From NCBI GenBank assembly GCA_013115145.1, contig JAAPAO010000058.1:1-64000 (forward strand): DNA of 64,000 nucleotides, given 5' to 3'. The notes beneath the pieces were generated by a model. It was not told the DNA's origin. It was given only the letters and a program-made list of their open reading frames with translations, and searched no databases. The position numbers were made by a program, and so were the translations under genes. The stretch's first letter is position 1, and each line of letters opens with the position of its first letter. This document shows positions 60,413 through 64,000 of this stretch, one piece after another. Origin of the DNA: Perkinsus chesapeaki ATCC PRA-425. Taxonomy: Eukaryota > Protista > Perkinsozoa.

Positions 60413-63400
60413 TGTTGTGTTTTTGGAGTGCAAGCTATGAAGGGACAGCGTGTCAGCGTGCTGCCTGTTTGGTTGTTATGACCTCTCCAAAGGCAAGGAA
60501 GAGATCTTCCAATGGCATTCAGGAGGGGACAACGGTGAGTTGTGCAACCGCTAGGCTCTTCGGACTGACCACTTCAGGAAGTTGATGAAGTAGAAGATGC
60601 TGCAGCCTGGGCGCTCTCCCACATGAACGATGATGATGCGGCTGATGGGCCCGTGCAGGACTCGGCTCTGACTGCGAGTGGTGCCGCCACAGGCACTCAG
60701 CAAAAACAGGTGTGTCTGCCTATATGTTGTATAGTGTATCTATTTCATCAGGTTCATAGGTTCATAGCCGAGCTTCAAGGGAAGGAAGAGGAGGCTTGTG
60801 CTGCATTGAAGACAGCAGTCTACCGTTGCCGCCAGGGGGATTTTTCTGGCCTCAGTACGTCTGCCTTTAACGCTACAGAGCGACAAAGTCTCCAACTCTC
60901 AGAACGTTACGTTGTCCTGTCGCCAGCGTGTGGTGAGCTCTTCACCCTCGCTGAACGAAAGGATCAGTCGGAGGCTGGTCGGACCATCAGCACTACTGCC
61001 CTCTTCCTAGTGGAGCTGCTCGGTACGGAAGGGTACTCAGCGGAAATTGTCACTCAAGTCCCGAATGTTCAGGTTGGATACTGTTGGGCTGTGTTGAGGG
61101 GAGGTTCCCGAGCTCCTCGGTGACCGGCAATGCCGTCTGCCGTGGCATATTAAACTCCTCTACTATGTTTACTTCGCGCTGTCTATTCGCAGTCTTGAAC
61201 ACCTCCAGGGACTGGGCTCTCATCGGGGCCCTCAGGCTCCTCAAAGGTGGTGGCATCATCCACTGCCATTAAGGGATAGTTAGACTTTCGCTCAGGCCTC
61301 TTCTCGTTTTCCCCTCGAGTGGCTTTACAGACCAACACTGCTGTGGCCAATTGGACGGTCACTCGAGATGCCAAAGGCACGGCGGCGAACGACACAACTG
61401 AGCATGGTTGGAAGGCGCTTTCCAGGCTGCTTGGGCGACGCAGGGTTACTGTAATTATAGCGAACGAACTGCTGCTCGAAACGATTGCTCCAGGCCGAGG
61501 GCGACACTGTTAGAGAGCACGGCCTCCATCTGGCCGTGGCCATCTTGAAGGCCGCCGAGACTAACAAGGATCTCGCCGCTCAACTTGTCCTTCATCCGGT
61601 AGCAGTACTTCACGCAGTACTGGAAGAAGTGTGACCATGTCAATGCTTAGATGTGGCGACCATTCCTCAGCCGAGCGTTGGCTGGTAGCGGCAACGAGAC
61701 GTGCGTGGCTCCTCAACAACGTGGCGAAAACAACGACAATCGCCCACGGGACGTAACTATGGCCTTGGAGAGGATGCGCCAGGCTGAAGTGGCAGTGCTG
61801 GAGCAGTTGGGCCACTTCCTTAGGAACGCTAAGGTGAATCACTCTGCCATCTAGAGCTGTCCATCACAACTTTTATTCAGTCCCGCCGGACCCGCCTATT
61901 CACTGACCAGGAGTTCTTCCTTCCCCGTCTGTCCCGTGTGGTGGTGGAAGCCACTGACGAATCCGTTCTGGATGCGGCCGAGGCACTCTGGACTTCGATA
62001 GCCACGGACACTGAGCTCTGGTCTGGAGATATGAACAGCCTCGGTATCGCTCTAGCAGCTATAAAGCCACCTTGCGACTCCCAGACTAACATCCTCTCCG
62101 AGGCCCTGTCTGCGCACAAGTCACCGGAGCTATGGCACGCAGTCGCAGAGAAGTCATCCCTCTCCTTATCACCAACGCCATCTTTACGGTGGCTCGCAGC
62201 TGTGGCATCGGCCGTCGAATTGCTAGATGACCCAACTCCCTGTGAGGCTCCTCTGCTGCCGTCTTGCCTGAACAGATCTGAGCTCACCGCCGGCCTGTTG
62301 TTCGCTGGCAAGGACCGAGTACTTGTCCGTACAACCACTCTAGGTCTCATTACCGCAGCCCTGAAAAGATTGACTAGTAACCACGTCCAGAATATTGCGG
62401 TAAGATCGCGCCTTTTTCGTTGAAGTGTTTTAGGCTACTTTTCAGGTGCTCAACGAGGTCGCTAGCATCCTCCCCGATATGCAAACGATCCTCAACGTCA
62501 AACCACCTTCCACGTCCACGAGCGCTCCCTACCTCCTGGCCTGGTCCCAGTGCATTTGCGCCTACCAGGAGGCTCTGCCCGGACGCTTCCTACAATGCAA
62601 GTTTGACTGGGGCCGATCCCTTATCGAGTGCCATGAGCCCGTTCAAAGGGCGGTGCTGCTGCCCATGACCACACGGGTCCTCGCCAGCTTCCCGCTGGGC
62701 AAGAGCAAGCTCGCTTGGCTTAGACACCTCGTCGAGACTGACGCAATCGACGAGTTTTCTGAAAGCCTTTACGCCACTGGTCTATTCAATAGCCAGAAAG
62801 AGGCTCGGCACTGGGCGAGCTTGCCCACCAAGCCCGAGAGGCTTTGGGTCATCTCCGTCCTGCAGCAACTGGCTCAGCATCCTCTATTGCCAGTTGACAC
62901 CTGGGCATCTGACTTCGTTAAGCAAGCTCTAACAGGGAAGCCCTCGCCCCCTCCTGGCAGCTGTTGTGTGGCTGATGCCGTGCTGTTGTTGGTACAGTCA
63001 GGAGAGGTCCCTATAGAGGAGTGGAGGCGCTTACTCGGTCAGTACGGCAACCAGGGAGACCTGCTCAAGGACCTGGACTTGTCAAGTTCCACTAGCGACC
63101 TCAACTGCAACGAAACCAAATCCCGTTCACTCGATCCCTTAGACAGTTTGATCGCCCGTGCCACCGATGGTAGCACTGACTTGTCAGCTGCCGCCCAGTC
63201 CCCGACGCTCTTGGCGGCTGCAGTTGACGAGCTTTCCTATGAAGGGGAGTTCTCTGCCGCACTCGACATCATCTCGTCGGTGCCCAGTAAAGGGTACGAT
63301 GTATTCGGCCTCGACGGTGTCCTCGCTAAGAATCCTGCCCTACTCTCCGCCATTGCCAGTGCCGATCCGGAACAGTTCCGCCACGGTTTGCTCTGGGTCC

Positions 63401-64000
63401 TATCTCCGAGTGTATTCGTACAAGTTGCTCAGTACCGCAGTGCCATTGCCTTCGAGACCGCTGACTACTTACAGCACAAGCCCAAGAAGCTGAGGAAGAA
63501 GTGGGGACCGCAGCGCTTCGATCGCTCCGTGGTTGGCGCTTGTTGTGCTTTGGTTGCACATGATGGCGATGAGAGGGCCCAAGCCCTGGCCAATGAGTTC
63601 GGTCCTATATCGATGGAGCTGGACCAACTACCTCGAAGGCTCCTCCCTCGTTTGCCCTCACGGCTCATCGACATCAGCTCACTGAGCACCGCTGCTATCA
63701 TTGCCGAGAACGACTCTGCTCTCTCACAGTGGTGGGTTGACGGAGGCCATCTAGATCTCGAAGACGGGTCCATGACAGATGATGTGCTCTTGGAGATCTT
63801 GGAGACGACCACCCTGCCGGAGGCCAGTCTGTCTGACCTTGTGAAGTCTGGTAGAATAACTCCATCGAACGCTGTTGCCGCCGGAAAGCAACTCAGTCGG
63901 CTGGAAGAGGTCAAAGAGAGCGTCCGCGAGTACTGGTATAGCAAGGTTGTCCCTTCCCTACCCGACCCAACGCTTCTTGGCGACGCCAGTACCGTCCTTG
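60413..64000 (+). CDS. Large hypothetical alpha-helical protein, runs off the 3' end of the window
   Basis: Succession of Leu/Ala-rich exons (60623-61070, 61320-61480, 61920-62400, 62700-63480, 63490-64000) with short GT-AG introns and no terminal stop before 64000. Could be two genes. Confidence 0.5.

Noticed and set aside
760-63944. Many short antisense or out-of-frame ORFs in the track (e.g. 10874-11380, 28437-28838, 38038-38313, 63465-63944)
   Set aside because: They are shadows of the real spliced genes on the opposite strand or in another frame.
1-64000. Non-canonical splice sites or stop-codon reassignment
   Set aside because: Every junction I rebuilt (CDK, PSMA2, NhaA, RRM, cyclin, ligase) resolved with GT-AG introns and the standard code; apparent in-frame stops fell inside introns.

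Overview
Gene-dense eukaryotic nuclear DNA with many short (~40-60 nt) GT-AG introns and very short intergenic gaps. The style (intron size, gene content, Mei2-like and NhaA genes) suggests an alveolate, most likely Perkinsus; this taxon call is inference. Because of the introns, the ORF track shows only fragments, so I rebuilt gene models by hand and many ends are approximate. About 30 protein genes and one tRNA-Lys(CTT) are supported. RNA-binding genes: two RRM+KH paralogues, a PPR protein, a Mei2-like protein, a multi-RRM SR-like protein and a single-RRM protein. Other recognisable genes: MINDY-type deubiquitinase, CDK10/11-like kinase, cyclin L/K/T-like, proteasome alpha-2, DHHC palmitoyltransferase, POC5, PDCD2, cytochrome b561, MDP-1, ZIP transporter, 2x EamA, 2x bacterial-type NhaA antiporter, 2x PP2C, a minimal ATP-dependent DNA ligase and a ferroportin. 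Genes lie in long same-strand blocks (all minus from ~26.2 to ~53.3 kb). No CRISPR array, rRNA or intact transposon was found. The most notable observations are the intron-bearing NhaA pair with a conserved N-terminal motif, the small putatively organelle-targeted DNA ligase, an orphan 8-Cys secreted peptide in an otherwise unexplained island at 8.2-10.8 kb, and the polycistron-like gene layout with a tRNA at a convergent strand switch.
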